Origin: Alphaproteobacteria bacterium
GTDB lineage: Bacteria; Pseudomonadota; Alphaproteobacteria; Bin95
Assembly: GCA_963422665.1 (NCBI GenBank)
Contig: OY730441.1
Coordinates: 4,194,489-4,258,488 of the forward strand
Length of the DNA stretch: 64,000 bases
Direction: 5' to 3'
Position 1 is the stretch's first letter. Every line of letters starts with the position of its first letter. The position numbers were made by a program, and so were the translations under genes. Of the stretch, positions 1 through 10,202 are shown one piece after another. The notes beneath the pieces were generated by a model. That model was given only the letters and a program-made list of their open reading frames with translations. It did not search any database and had not been told where the DNA came from.

Positions 1-1171
1 CCACTTCCTGGAGGAGTATTCGCACTCCTCGGCGCCGGAGGTGTTCCTTGCCGCCTGCGCGCGCAACACGAAGCAGATCCGGCTCGGCCACGCGGTGGTG
101 CTCTCCCCGCCGCCCTACAACCATCCGGCGCGCGTCGCCGAGCGGATTGCGACGCTCGACCTCATCAGCCACGGCCGCGTCGATTGGGGCACCGGTGAAA
201 GCGCGTCGCGCATGGAGATGGACGGCTTCGGCGTGCCGATGGGCGACAAGAAGGCGATGTGGGCCGAGGCGACCGAGCAGTCGGCCAACATGATGACCAT
301 GGCGCCCTATCCGGGGTTCGAGGGCCAGTTCTTCTCCATGCCCTGCCGCAATGTGCTGCCCAAGCCCTACCAGCAGCCGCATCCGCCGCTCTGGGTCGCC
401 TGCTCGCGCATGGAGACGATCCACGCCGCCGCGAGGGCCGGCATCGGCGCGCTCACCTTCGCCTTCGTCAACCCGGATGTGGCGCGGCAGTGGGTCGAGG
501 AGTATTACGCCATCATCAAGTCCGAGGAGTGCGTGCCCATCGGCCATTCGGTGAACGCCAATATCGCCATGTGCACCGGCTTTTCGGTCCACCCGGACGC
601 CGAGGAAGCCAAGCGGCGCGGCGCGGACGGTTTCCGCTATTTCGGCTATTCGCTCGGCCACTACTATGTCTTCGGCGAGCATAAGCCCGGCGCGACGGGT
701 GTCTGGGAGCGCTTCGAGGAAGCGCGCGGGCATATGGACGATGTCGGCAAGGGCAGCGGCATCGGCACGCCGGACGAGGTGCGCGGGCATCTGCAGGAAT
801 TCGCCGATGCGGGCGTGGACCAGGTGATCTTCATCCAGCAGGGCGGCAAGAACGAGCATCGCCATATCTGCGAGGCGATGGAGTTGTTTTCTGCCGAGGT
901 CATGCCGCATTTCAAGGCGGGCGAGGAAGAGCGCGAGGCGAAGAAGGCGGCCGAACTCGCGCCCTGGATCGAGGCGGCGTTGGCGCGCAAGCCGCGCATG
1001 GAGCCGCTGGCGGCGGCGGACATTCCGGTGGTCGGAGCGTTCGGGCGCAATATCGTGCAGACCGACCAGGACCCGGACGCGCGCTCCACCCACCACGCCG
1101 CCGCCGACATCACCGTGCCCGCCAGCGACCCGATGGTGGGAGAGGAAGCCGCGGCCGGGGGAGACGACTGA
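1..1171 (+). CDS. LLM-class (luciferase-like) flavin-dependent oxidoreductase, 5' partial
   Basis: The reading frame is open from base 2; the first 'M' of the ORF track is an internal GTG. The GHAVVLSPP...RVAERIATLDLISHGRVDWGTG pattern is typical of the bacterial luciferase-like monooxygenase family. Confidence 0.75.
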   Translation, partial: HFLEEYSHSSAPEVFLAACARNTKQIRLGHAVVLSPPPYNHPARVAERIATLDLISHGRVDWGTGESASRMEMDGFGVPMGDKKAMWAEATEQSANMMTMAPYPGFEGQFFSMPCRNVLPKPYQQPHPPLWVACSRMETIHAAARAGIGALTFAFVNPDVARQWVEEYYAIIKSEECVPIGHSVNANIAMCTGFSVHPDAEEAKRRGADGFRYFGYSLGHYYVFGEHKPGATGVWERFEEARGHMDDVGKGSGIGTPDEVRGHLQEFADAGVDQVIFIQQGGKNEHRHICEAMELFSAEVMPHFKAGEEEREAKKAAELAPWIEAALARKPRMEPLAAADIPVVGAFGRNIVQTDQDPDARSTHHAAADITVPASDPMVGEEAAAGGDD

Positions 1172-1584
1172 TGCCGTCCGCCGATCCGCCTCGCCCGCCG
1201 GCCCGGTCTCCGCATCCGTCTTCCAACGGGGGCCGCTTGCTGCAGGGTAATGATTCGGCGTCGGCTGGCGGCAATGCAAAGATCGTCTATATCCTCTATC
1301 TCGGCACCATCGTCACCGGGCTGTCCGCGCTGATCGGCGTCATCGTCGCCTATGTGAGCCGAGAGGACAGCGGCGGCTGGGTCAACGACCACTACCGGTT
1401 CCAGATCCGGACCTTCTGGATCGGCCTCCTGTATTCGGCGGTAGGAACCCTATCTACGGTTTTTCTGGTCGGCTGGCTGATGCTGCTGGCGACGCTGGTG
1501 TGGTGGATCGTCCGCTGCGTCAAGGGCCTGCAATGCGTGTCCCGGTTCGAGCCATACCCGAATGTCAAGACCTGGCTGTGGTGA
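1171..1584 (+). CDS. DUF4870-like small membrane protein
   Basis: KIVYILYLGTIVTGLSALIGVIVAYVSRED...HYRFQIRTFWIGLL matches the DUF4870 signature, with two hydrophobic helices. The start is uncertain and overlaps the upstream stop by one base. Confidence 0.55.
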   Translation: MPSADPPRPPARSPHPSSNGGRLLQGNDSASAGGNAKIVYILYLGTIVTGLSALIGVIVAYVSREDSGGWVNDHYRFQIRTFWIGLLYSAVGTLSTVFLVGWLMLLATLVWWIVRCVKGLQCVSRFEPYPNVKTWLW

Positions 1585-1638
1585 AGCCGCTTGCCGGCTG
1601 CTAGGGTCGGGCGAACATGCGGCAGGAAGGGGTTTCCC

Positions 1639-3336
1639 GTGAGCTACGATCTCGTCATCAGGAACGGCGCCGTCGTGGACGGCTCGGGACTCGCGCGCTA
1701 CCGCGCCGATATCGGCGTCAAGGACGGACGGATCGCGCGCATCGGGCGCATCGCCGCCCCGGCGGAGGAAGTCGTCGATGCCGAGGGCCATGTCGTCGCG
1801 CCCGGCTTCGTGGACGGCCATACCCACATGGACGCGCAACTCTTCTGGGACGAACTCGGCTCCTGCTCCTGCTATCACGGCGTCACCACGGCGGTGATGG
1901 GCAATTGCGGCTTCACGCTCGCCCCCTGCCGCGAGGCCGAGGCCGACCTCGTGTTCCGCAACCTGGAGCGCGCGGAAGACATCGACCGCAATGCGATGCT
2001 GACCGGCATAGACTGGAGCTGGGAAACCTTCCCTGAGTTCATGGCGGCCGTGGACGCCGCGCCCAAGGGCATCAACTATGCGGGTTATATCGGCCATGCG
2101 GCGCTGCGCACCTATGTGATGGGCGAGCGCGCCTTCGAGGAGGAGGCCGGCGAGGACGACCTGAAGGCGATGGAAGCGCAGGTGCGCGAGGCGGTGCGCG
2201 CGGGCGCGCTCGGCTTCTCGACCTCCCGCAGCCCGAGCCATCTCACCTCCGACGACCGCCCGGTCGCGAGTCGCGTGGCGGATTTCTCCGAAGTGCAGCA
2301 CCTCGTCCGGGCCATGGGCGAGGAGGGCGCCGGCATCTTCCAGCTCGCCATGGAGCGCGGCGGCGACAACGAGATGACGGCTTTCTACCAGAGCCTCATC
2401 GACCTCTCCGCCGAGACCGGCCGCCCGGTCACCTTCGGCTCCCTCAGCCGCAAGGAGAGGCCCGGCCAGTGGCGCGCCTTCTACGACCTGATCTCCGAAG
2501 GCAACCGCAACGGCGCCAATGTCTTCACCCAGGTCCATGCCCGCGAGATCAACACGGTGCTCTCCTTCGAGACGAGTACGCCGTTCGACAAGCGCGAGGT
2601 CTGGCGGGACATCCGCGCGCTGCCGCTGGACGCGCAGAAGCAGGCGTTTGCCGATCCGCAGACACGGGCAAGGCTGATCGAGGCGGCCAGCCGCGAGCAT
2701 GACGGCAAGGCCGCGGTCGGCGCCGAGGCGCGCCCGCCGGAATGGGACATCTTCTACTACATGGACCGCATCCGGCTGCCGCACCGCTCGCTCGCCGAGA
2801 TCGCGGCCGAGCGCGGAGTCCATCCGGCGGAAGCGATGATCGACATCGCGCTGGAGCACGACCTCAAGGCGTTCTTCCGCCAGCCGATCGCCAATGAGAA
2901 CCTCGACGACGCGCTGGAACTGATGCGCCATCCCTATGCCTGCACGACGTTCTCGGACTCCGGCGCGCATGTCTCGCAGATCGTCGATTGCTCGCTCCAG
3001 ACACACCTGCTGAGCCACTGGGTGCGCGAGCGCGAGGCGTTCACGCTGGAGGAGGCGGTGCGCAAGATCACCTACGACACCGCGACCCGATGGGGCTTCC
3101 ACGACCGCGGCCTGCTGCGCGAGGGCCTCAAGGCGGATATCGTGGTGTTCGATCCCGACCGCATCGCGCCGGCCATGCCGGAAGTCGTGCATGACCTGCC
3201 GGCCGGCGCCAAGCGCCTGAAGCAATATGCCGAGGGCATGAAGGCCACGGTGGTGAACGGCGCGCTCACCCTGCTGGACAACCGGCCGACCGGCCGCCTT
3301 GCGGGGCGGCTGTTGCGCGGCCCGCTCGCGGCCTGA
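1639..3336 (+). CDS. N-acyl-D-amino-acid deacylase (D-aminoacylase) family amidohydrolase
   Basis: YDLVIRNGAVVDGSG...GFVDGHTHMD plus a CxxC pair are typical of the D-aminoacylase/amidohydrolase-3 family. The GTG at 1639 follows an AGGAAGGGG ribosome-binding site; the track ORF starts at 1591. Confidence 0.75.
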   Translation: MSYDLVIRNGAVVDGSGLARYRADIGVKDGRIARIGRIAAPAEEVVDAEGHVVAPGFVDGHTHMDAQLFWDELGSCSCYHGVTTAVMGNCGFTLAPCREAEADLVFRNLERAEDIDRNAMLTGIDWSWETFPEFMAAVDAAPKGINYAGYIGHAALRTYVMGERAFEEEAGEDDLKAMEAQVREAVRAGALGFSTSRSPSHLTSDDRPVASRVADFSEVQHLVRAMGEEGAGIFQLAMERGGDNEMTAFYQSLIDLSAETGRPVTFGSLSRKERPGQWRAFYDLISEGNRNGANVFTQVHAREINTVLSFETSTPFDKREVWRDIRALPLDAQKQAFADPQTRARLIEAASREHDGKAAVGAEARPPEWDIFYYMDRIRLPHRSLAEIAAERGVHPAEAMIDIALEHDLKAFFRQPIANENLDDALELMRHPYACTTFSDSGAHVSQIVDCSLQTHLLSHWVREREAFTLEEAVRKITYDTATRWGFHDRGLLREGLKADIVVFDPDRIAPAMPEVVHDLPAGAKRLKQYAEGMKATVVNGALTLLDNRPTGRLAGRLLRGPLAA

Positions 3337-4445
3337 TGAGGATCGAGCCGTTCCGCGCAGCGGTCGATGAGGCGGCGCTCAACGACCTGAAGCGCCGCCT
3401 CGCCGCGACCCGCCAGCCCGTCTGGCCGGAGGGCGGCGGCTGGGAGTTCGGCATTGAGCGGGAGACGCTGGCCGAGACCCTTGCCTACTGGCAGGACGGC
3501 TTCGACTGGCGCGCCGTGGAGGCGCGGCTGAACGCCTGGCCGCAGTTCCGGACCGAAATCGACGGCATCCCGGTCCATTTCATCCATGTCCGCAATGCCG
3601 ACCCGGACGCGCCGGCGCTGGTCCTGACCCATGGCTGGCCGGGCTCCGTGCTGGAGTTCCTGGACGCGCTGCCGGCGCTTTCGGCGCGAGCGCATGTGGT
3701 AGTGCCGCACCTGCCGGGCTACGGCTTTTCCTCGCCGACGAGCCGGCCGGTCTATTCGCGCGAGGTGGCGGGGCTCTGGCGCCGTCTGATGGAGGCGCTC
3801 GGCTACAAGCGCTTCGTGGCGCAGGGCGGCGATTGGGGCTCGCTGGTGACCTGCTGGCTCGGCTACGACCACCCGGATGCGGTGCGCGCCATCCACCTCA
3901 ACATGCTCATCATGCGCCCGGACACCGCCCGCCTCGAAAGGCCGCTCGATGAGGCGGAGCGGGCCTGGATCGCGGCCATGCGGCGCACGGTCGATCTCGA
4001 AGGCGGCTATCTGCGTATCCAGGCGACCAAGCCGCAGAGTCTCGCCGTTGGCCTTTCGGACTCGCCGGCCGGGCTGGCGGCGTGGATCCTGGAGAAGTTC
4101 TACGGCTGGCCCGATGCGGGATCGACTCTCGACCGGGACCTCGTGCTCGGCAATATCGCGCTCTACTGGTTCACCAACACGCTCGCCAGCTCGGCGTGGA
4201 TGTATGCGACGGTGCTCGACCGCAAGCATTTCATGCTGCCGGCGGGCGAACGGATTACTGTGCCGACGGGCATGGCGCATTTCCCGAACGATACCTATCC
4301 GATGGCGCCCCGGCGCTGGCTGGAGCGGATTGCGCCCGTCATGCGCTGGACCGACATGCCGCGCGGCGGCCATTTCGCCGCCATGGAAGAGCCCGCGCTG
4401 TTCGCCGAGGACGTGCTGGCGTTTCTGGACGACCTGGAGGGCTGA
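3336..4445 (+). CDS. epoxide hydrolase (alpha/beta-hydrolase with EH N-terminal domain)
   Basis: IPVHFIHVR...LVLTHGWPGS and a nucleophile elbow GGDWGS. The start overlaps the upstream stop as ATGA. Confidence 0.75.
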   Translation: MRIEPFRAAVDEAALNDLKRRLAATRQPVWPEGGGWEFGIERETLAETLAYWQDGFDWRAVEARLNAWPQFRTEIDGIPVHFIHVRNADPDAPALVLTHGWPGSVLEFLDALPALSARAHVVVPHLPGYGFSSPTSRPVYSREVAGLWRRLMEALGYKRFVAQGGDWGSLVTCWLGYDHPDAVRAIHLNMLIMRPDTARLERPLDEAERAWIAAMRRTVDLEGGYLRIQATKPQSLAVGLSDSPAGLAAWILEKFYGWPDAGSTLDRDLVLGNIALYWFTNTLASSAWMYATVLDRKHFMLPAGERITVPTGMAHFPNDTYPMAPRRWLERIAPVMRWTDMPRGGHFAAMEEPALFAEDVLAFLDDLEG

Positions 4446-4508
4446 GACGGGGCAGGACCTGCGGCGGCCAGGCAAGCGAAATCCCCACTCGTCATGGAGG
4501 TCAACGCC

Positions 4509-5627
4509 ATGCTCATCGGGGTACCCAGGGAGATCAAGGATCACGAATACCGTGTGGGACTCACGCCCGACAGCGTGAACGAGGCGGTCCTGCACGGTCA
4601 CCGCGTGATCGTGGAGCAAGGCGCCGGAGCGGGCGTCGGGGCCGACGATGCCGACTATGCCGGGGCGGGCGGCGAAATCGTCGGCAGCCCGCAGGAGGTC
4701 TTCGAGCGGGCGGAGATGGTCGTGAAGGTCAAGGAGCCGCAGGCCGCAGAGCGCGCCATGCTGCGCGAGGGGCAGGTGCTCTTCACCTACCTGCACCTCG
4801 CCCCGGACCCCGGGCAGGCCGGGGACCTCGTCAAGAGCAAGGCGGTCTGCATCGCCTACGAGACGGTCACCTCTCCGGGCGGCGGCCTGCCGCTGCTTGC
4901 GCCGATGTCGGAGGTGGCGGGCCGGCTTGCCGTCCAGGCCGCGGCCCACGCGCTTGAAAAGGTCAATGGCGGGAAAGGAATGTTGCTCGGCGGCGTGCCC
5001 GGAACGCCGCGGGCCAGGGTGGTCATCATCGGCGGCGGGGTAGTGGGCACGCACGCCGCGCATGTCGCAATGGGGATGGGCGCCCATACATGGGCCATAG
5101 ACCGCTCGGCCGAGGCGCTAAAGGCCCTCTGGCGCCGGTTTGGAAGCCGGCTCGACACCGTTTACTCCACCCGGACCGCGATCGACCGCCATGTCGCCGA
5201 CGCGGACGTGGTGATCGGCGGCGTGCTCATCCCGGGCGCGGCCGCCCCGAAGCTCGTCACCGAGAGCATGATCCGCCGCATGAAGCCGGGCTCGGTGGTG
5301 GTCGATGTCGCCATCGACCAGGGAGGCTGTTTCGAGACGTCGCGCCCCACCACGCACAGCAACCCGACCTACATCGTCCACGACGTGGTCCATTACTGCG
5401 TGGCCAACATGCCGGGCGCGGTCCCGCGAACATCGACCCAGGCGCTCAACAATGCAACGCTCCCGCACGTGCTGGCGTTGGCCGACAAGGGCTACCGCCG
5501 CGCGCTCGCCGACGATCCCCACCTTCGCAACGGTCTCAACGTTCATGGCGGCGAGGTGACCTGCAGGGGGGTCGCCGACGCGCTCGGTTATCCGTACCGT
5601 GAGCCCTTGGAGGCAATGGCGGCGTAA
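4509..5627 (+). CDS. ald: alanine dehydrogenase
   Basis: MLIGVPREIKDHEYRVGLTP...VKVKEP...VIIGGGVVG is the canonical Ald N-terminus and Rossmann motif. A GGAGG sits 7 nt upstream of the ATG at 4509. Confidence 0.85.
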   Translation: MLIGVPREIKDHEYRVGLTPDSVNEAVLHGHRVIVEQGAGAGVGADDADYAGAGGEIVGSPQEVFERAEMVVKVKEPQAAERAMLREGQVLFTYLHLAPDPGQAGDLVKSKAVCIAYETVTSPGGGLPLLAPMSEVAGRLAVQAAAHALEKVNGGKGMLLGGVPGTPRARVVIIGGGVVGTHAAHVAMGMGAHTWAIDRSAEALKALWRRFGSRLDTVYSTRTAIDRHVADADVVIGGVLIPGAAAPKLVTESMIRRMKPGSVVVDVAIDQGGCFETSRPTTHSNPTYIVHDVVHYCVANMPGAVPRTSTQALNNATLPHVLALADKGYRRALADDPHLRNGLNVHGGEVTCRGVADALGYPYREPLEAMAA

Positions 5628-5768
5628 ACGGGAAGCCGGCCCGCCTGCATCCGCCTCGCTCCATCCGGGGCGGCAACCGCTGCCGCCTTTCGCGAACGGG
5701 CAAAGGCGCTATCATCCGGCCCCGAACCCGGAAACCCGAACGATCCCGAAACCCGAGGGGGGCTTTTC

Positions 5769-6179
5769 TTGTCCGACTACCAGAAATGGATACCCGTTCC
5801 GACGCCGGAGACCCGGCACTTCTGGGACGGCTGCCGCGAAGGCAGGCTTTTGCTGCAACGCTGCGGCGACACCGGCAGGGCCTATTTCCCGCCGCGCCCG
5901 TTCAGCCCGTACACGGGCAGCCGCAATGTCTCGGTGTTCGAGGCGTCGGGGCAGGGCGCGCTTTACAGCTATGTCATCAACCACCGGCCGGCCAGGGGCT
6001 TCGATGCGCCTTACGCCATCGCCATCGTCCAGCTTCCCGAGGGCGTGCGGATGATGACCAACATCGTGGAGTGCGAGCAGACGCCGGAGGCGCTCGAACT
6101 CGACATGCCGCTCGAAGTCTGTTTCGAGAAGATCGACGACGACATCTCGCTGCCGCTCTGGCGGCCGGCGCACGGCTGA
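5769..6179 (+). CDS. Zn-ribbon/OB-fold (DUF35) protein, partner of thiolase-like protein
   Basis: The CxxC...C motif and length (136 aa) fit DUF35, and the gene lies directly upstream of a thiolase-like gene, the usual arrangement. TTG start. Confidence 0.6.
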   Translation: MSDYQKWIPVPTPETRHFWDGCREGRLLLQRCGDTGRAYFPPRPFSPYTGSRNVSVFEASGQGALYSYVINHRPARGFDAPYAIAIVQLPEGVRMMTNIVECEQTPEALELDMPLEVCFEKIDDDISLPLWRPAHG

Positions 6180-6194
6180 GGGGAGGGCGGGACC

Positions 6195-7355
6195 ATGACC
6201 TACAAGCCCGGCTCCATCGCCATTGTGGGCGCCGCCGAATCCACCGATCTCGGCAAGCTGCCCGACATCTCGCAACTGCAGCTCCATGCCGACGCGGCGT
6301 TGAACGCGATGGCGGATTGCGGCCTGCGCCCTGCGGACATCGACGGCATCGCGACGGCGCGCGAGGCACCGACCGAGCTCGCCCACTATCTCGGCATTGT
6401 GCCCAAATGGGTGGACGGCACCTCCGTCGGCGGCTGCTCCTTCATGATCCATGTGCGCCATGCCTGCGCCGCCATCGAGGCGGGGCTCTGCAACACGGTG
6501 CTCATCACCCACGGCGAGAGCGGCCGTTCGCAGATCGGCCGGCCCGTGCAGGGCGTCGGCCCCTCGACGCAGGAAGGCCAGTTCCAGATGCCCTACGGGC
6601 CGCTCGGGCCGCCGACCATGTTCACCATCCCGGTGCTGCGCTACCTCAAGACCTACGGCGTCGGCATCGAGAAGGTCGCCAATGTGGGCGTGGTGCAGCG
6701 CAAATGGGCGGGCTTTCACCCGCGCGCGAGCTTCCGCGACCCGATCACGATCGACGATGTGCTGAACTCGCGCATGATCGCCTGGCCGTTCCGGCTGCTG
6801 ATGTGCTGCCTCGTGACCGACGGCGGCGGGGCGCTCATTCTGACCAGGGCGGACAGGGCGTCGAGCTTCCCGACGAAGCCCGTCTATATCCAGGGCATCG
6901 GCGAGAGCGTCGAGACGAGCCTCATCAGCCAGATGGAGGACTTCACCTCCTCGCGCGCCTTCCGCGTCGCCGGGCGGACCGCGTTCGAGAATGCCGGCAT
7001 CACCCACAGGGATGTGGACCACCTGATGATCTACGACGCCTTCGCGCATCTGCCGATCTACGGCCTGGAGGATCTGGGCTTCTGCGGGCGCGGCGAGGCC
7101 GGCGACTTCATCTGGGACGGCAACACCGCCCCCGGCGCGACCGGCTCGAACGCCCTGCCGCTCAACACCAATGGCGGCGGCCTCTCCTACATGCATTCCG
7201 GCATGTACGGCATGTATGCGCTGCAGGAGAGCGTGCGCCAGATGCGCGGCGCCTCGCCCGCCCAGGTGGAGGGCGCGGAGCTTTCCGTCTGCCACGGCGT
7301 CGGCGGCATGTTCGCGGCCTCGGGCACCGTGGTGATGTCCAACCGGCCGGCCTGA
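6195..7355 (+). CDS. thiolase-like / SCP-x lipid-transfer protein
   Basis: Thiolase fold motifs (IAIVGAAEST...DGTSVGGCS); typical DUF35-thiolase pair. Confidence 0.7.
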   Translation: MTYKPGSIAIVGAAESTDLGKLPDISQLQLHADAALNAMADCGLRPADIDGIATAREAPTELAHYLGIVPKWVDGTSVGGCSFMIHVRHACAAIEAGLCNTVLITHGESGRSQIGRPVQGVGPSTQEGQFQMPYGPLGPPTMFTIPVLRYLKTYGVGIEKVANVGVVQRKWAGFHPRASFRDPITIDDVLNSRMIAWPFRLLMCCLVTDGGGALILTRADRASSFPTKPVYIQGIGESVETSLISQMEDFTSSRAFRVAGRTAFENAGITHRDVDHLMIYDAFAHLPIYGLEDLGFCGRGEAGDFIWDGNTAPGATGSNALPLNTNGGGLSYMHSGMYGMYALQESVRQMRGASPAQVEGAELSVCHGVGGMFAASGTVVMSNRPA

Positions 7356-7377
7356 GGGCCGACGGGGCGCGGCCGTC

Positions 7378-8046
7378 ATGGACCTTGCCGGCCGCGTCCT
7401 CTACCGCGACGGCCTGGTCCTGGTCATCGACAAGCCCGCCGGGGTCCCGGTCCATGCCGGCCCCGGCGGGGGCCCCGATCTGGAGCAGGGCTTCGACAGC
7501 CTCCGCTTCGGCTGGAGGCGCCCGCCGGCGCTCGCTCACCGGCTCGACCGGGAGACGAGCGGCTGCCTTGTGCTGGGCCGGCGCCCGAAGGCGCTGAGGC
7601 GCCTGGGCAGGCTGTTCGCCGCCGGCCGGGTGAAAAAGACCTACTGGGCCTGGGTAACGGACGCTCCGCCGGAAGACACCGGCCTCATCGACGCGCCGCT
7701 GCTCAAGCGCAGTACGCGCGCCGGCGGCTGGGCCATGCATGTGGACGAACGGGGCAAGCCCGCCGCCACCCGCTACCGCGTGCTCGAACGCCGGGAGGAC
7801 GGCGCCGTCCGGATCGAGTGTCGGCCCTTGACGGGCCGCACCCACCAGATTCGCGCCCATCTGGCGTATCTCGGCTGCCCGGTCGTGGGCGACGCGCGCT
7901 ATGGCGGCCCGGCGGCGCCGCGCACGCTGCTCCATGCCTGCGCCATATCGCTGCCGCTCTACGAAGGCCGGGAGCCGGTCACCGCAGAAGCGCCGCTGCC
8001 GGCGGATATCGAGGCGTTTCTCGCGGGCGCGGTCCGTCAGGTATAG
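7378..8046 (+). CDS. RluA-family RNA pseudouridine synthase
   Basis: LVIDKPAGVPVH...HRLDRETSGCLVL (catalytic Asp motif) ...GRTHQIRAHL. Confidence 0.75.
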   Translation: MDLAGRVLYRDGLVLVIDKPAGVPVHAGPGGGPDLEQGFDSLRFGWRRPPALAHRLDRETSGCLVLGRRPKALRRLGRLFAAGRVKKTYWAWVTDAPPEDTGLIDAPLLKRSTRAGGWAMHVDERGKPAATRYRVLERREDGAVRIECRPLTGRTHQIRAHLAYLGCPVVGDARYGGPAAPRTLLHACAISLPLYEGREPVTAEAPLPADIEAFLAGAVRQV

Positions 8047-9014
8047 ACGAACTCCAGCGAGCGGTCGGGCTCGGCGAGGATCAGGTCGGCGATGGTCTCG
8101 ACGGTGCTGCCGACCGGCTCCATGCCGGCTGCCCTCGCGGCCCCGGTCATCGCCTCCATGGCGCGCACGAAGTTGCGGCAGACGCGGTCGTCCGGGTCGG
8201 TGTAGTCGTTGTCGTTATGCGTGATGCTGTTGATGACCGGGATCGTCGCGCCGCGCTGCCGGACCTGGTCGACGATATTGGATGCGATCCGTTCGTAGTC
8301 GGCCTCGGGCCAGTCGGGCCGCATGTCCCGATGGCCGGTGAGGATGTTGGCGTCCGCAGACGCCGCATCCGGATCGACAGCCTGCCATTTGACGCCTGCG
8401 GTCACGAGGGTCCCGGAAAAATCGACCGAGACCGGCATGTTGGCGAAGGGCAGGCTGCCGACAAGCTGGCGGAAGGCCGGATGCGCCCGGTGGGGATCGG
8501 CGGCCGCACCCGTCCAGATGGCGTTCATGCGCGGCCAGATCCGCCCCGGCATGGAGCACGAGCCGCCGCGAAAGCCGAGATCGACGAGGACCCGGTACAT
8601 GTTGTCGTTCGCCGAGAAGGTGCCGGGACGGAAATAGAGCGGGCGGCGCCCCATGCCCGACTGCCACATCGAGATGGCCTCGGAGAGGGCGGCGCGCATG
8701 TCCGGCTCCGAAAGCCCGCCGAAATGGGCCTTGTATTTGCCGTCGCGGAACTTCCAGGGATGAAGGTGCAGGCCCTCGACGCAGCAGCCCTGCGCCTTCA
8801 GCTCCTCGAACAGGCCGGCCTGCTCGACGGCAACCTCGGGGTGGATGAAGAAAGTGACCGGGAAGCCGAACCCGGCGGCCCGTTCCGCATAGCCGCGGAT
8901 GAACTTCTCGCTGTCCGCCCAGCTTTCGGGCCCGGTCGCCGTCGGATGGGTATCCGACGTCGGAGGCTCCACATCCATGGTGATGACGACATGCAGCTTG
9001 TCCACGGGGCGCAT
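8037..9014 (-). CDS. polysaccharide deacetylase-like protein
   Basis: A 325-aa ORF with VVITMDVE, LHLHP and FRPGTFSAND motifs loosely resembling CE4 deacetylases. Its start ATG overlaps the MFS stop by 1 nt (TGATG). The 5' extension of the track ORF is an artefact. Confidence 0.45.
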   Translation of the reverse strand: MRPVDKLHVVITMDVEPPTSDTHPTATGPESWADSEKFIRGYAERAAGFGFPVTFFIHPEVAVEQAGLFEELKAQGCCVEGLHLHPWKFRDGKYKAHFGGLSEPDMRAALSEAISMWQSGMGRRPLYFRPGTFSANDNMYRVLVDLGFRGGSCSMPGRIWPRMNAIWTGAAADPHRAHPAFRQLVGSLPFANMPVSVDFSGTLVTAGVKWQAVDPDAASADANILTGHRDMRPDWPEADYERIASNIVDQVRQRGATIPVINSITHNDNDYTDPDDRVCRNFVRAMEAMTGAARAAGMEPVGSTVETIADLILAEPDRSLEFVYT

Positions 9015-10192
9015 CAAACCCGTTTCGGCAGCATGAAGGCGCCGCACAGGATCGCCGCCGCCGCGACCGCCAGCACGACGAACAGCGCCTCGAAGCCCCA
9101 GGCTTTGTGCAGCCATGCGATCAGGTGCAGCGCCGTCGCCGCGACGGCGAAGGTGACGATGTAGCGGGCGGCGAAGGCGCGCGCGCGCCATTCGCTCTTC
9201 GCCATGCGCCCGATCAGCACATCGTTGATCGGTATCTGGCCGAACACCGCCAGCATGAACCCGACGGCGATGAAAAAGGCGAGGAGGCCGTCGGCGTGAA
9301 TCATGGCGGCGAACAGCACGGCCTGGCATGCCGCGACGCCGACGAACACCCAGCGGACCGAATGGTTGTCCACCAGCCAGCCGACGAGGAGCTGCGCAAA
9401 GGCGGCGGCGGTGAACGCGACGAAGGCGTAGCCGCCGACCGCCGATGCCGACACGGCGAAATCGGAGAGCCGTTCGTCGAACACCTTGGGGAGCGCGAAG
9501 GTCGTGCTCTGGAACACTAGGCCGCCAAGCGCCGTCGTGAAGAAAACGATCGCGAAGACATGGATCAGCGCAGCGCGCGTCGGTTCGGTTTCCGCCCGGA
9601 CTGCCGGTCTGGCCGTTGCGACGGACGCCGGCGCGACGACCGGGCCGCGTCGCAGGAACAGCATCCAGGCGAGTCCGATGGCGATGGAGACGGCGCCGGG
9701 CACGAAAAAGGCGGCCCGCCAGCCGACGATGTCGATCAGGATGCCGGTCACCAGTGCTGCGAAAGCCACGCCCAGATTGCCGAATATGCCGTTGACTGCG
9801 ATCGGTATCCCGGTGCGTCCGCGCCCTTCGACCACCATGGCGAGGCCGACCGGATGGTATATCGCGGCGAAGACGCCGATGGCCAACAGGCCGGCGCCGA
9901 TCTCGAGCGGCGTGTCGGCAAACCCGGTCGCGATGGCGCTCGCCCCGATGCCGAGAAAGAAGACGGTCATCATCCGCTCCCGGCTCCACTTGTCGCCGAG
10001 CCACCCGGCCAGCAGCGCGAAGGCCCCGAATGCGACAAGGCCGGCCGTCCCGTAGGGAATCAGGTCTTCATATTTCAGGTTCCAGGCCTCGGCCAGAAAG
10101 AGCGCCGCCACGGTGGCGAAGATCAGCATGACGAGATGGTCGAGCAGGTGTCCGACATTCAGGAACAGGAACTGCGTCGAGAAGCGGGTCAT
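9014..10192 (-). CDS. MFS transporter
   Basis: About 12 predicted TM helices and a G-rich loop typical of the major facilitator superfamily. The start is taken at MTRFSTQFLFLNVGHLLDH. Confidence 0.8.
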   Translation of the reverse strand: MTRFSTQFLFLNVGHLLDHLVMLIFATVAALFLAEAWNLKYEDLIPYGTAGLVAFGAFALLAGWLGDKWSRERMMTVFFLGIGASAIATGFADTPLEIGAGLLAIGVFAAIYHPVGLAMVVEGRGRTGIPIAVNGIFGNLGVAFAALVTGILIDIVGWRAAFFVPGAVSIAIGLAWMLFLRRGPVVAPASVATARPAVRAETEPTRAALIHVFAIVFFTTALGGLVFQSTTFALPKVFDERLSDFAVSASAVGGYAFVAFTAAAFAQLLVGWLVDNHSVRWVFVGVAACQAVLFAAMIHADGLLAFFIAVGFMLAVFGQIPINDVLIGRMAKSEWRARAFAARYIVTFAVAATALHLIAWLHKAWGFEALFVVLAVAAAAILCGAFMLPKRV

Positions 10193-10202
10193 GGATGCGA
10201 GG

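Noticed and set aside
1450-7379. Long minus-strand ORFs 1450..3225, 3072..5087 and 5712..7379 (555-671 aa)
   Set aside because: All are antisense to well-supported plus-strand genes (D-aminoacylase, epoxide hydrolase/ald, DUF35/thiolase). They are Arg/Gly/Ala-rich with no domain signal and are GC3-driven artefacts.
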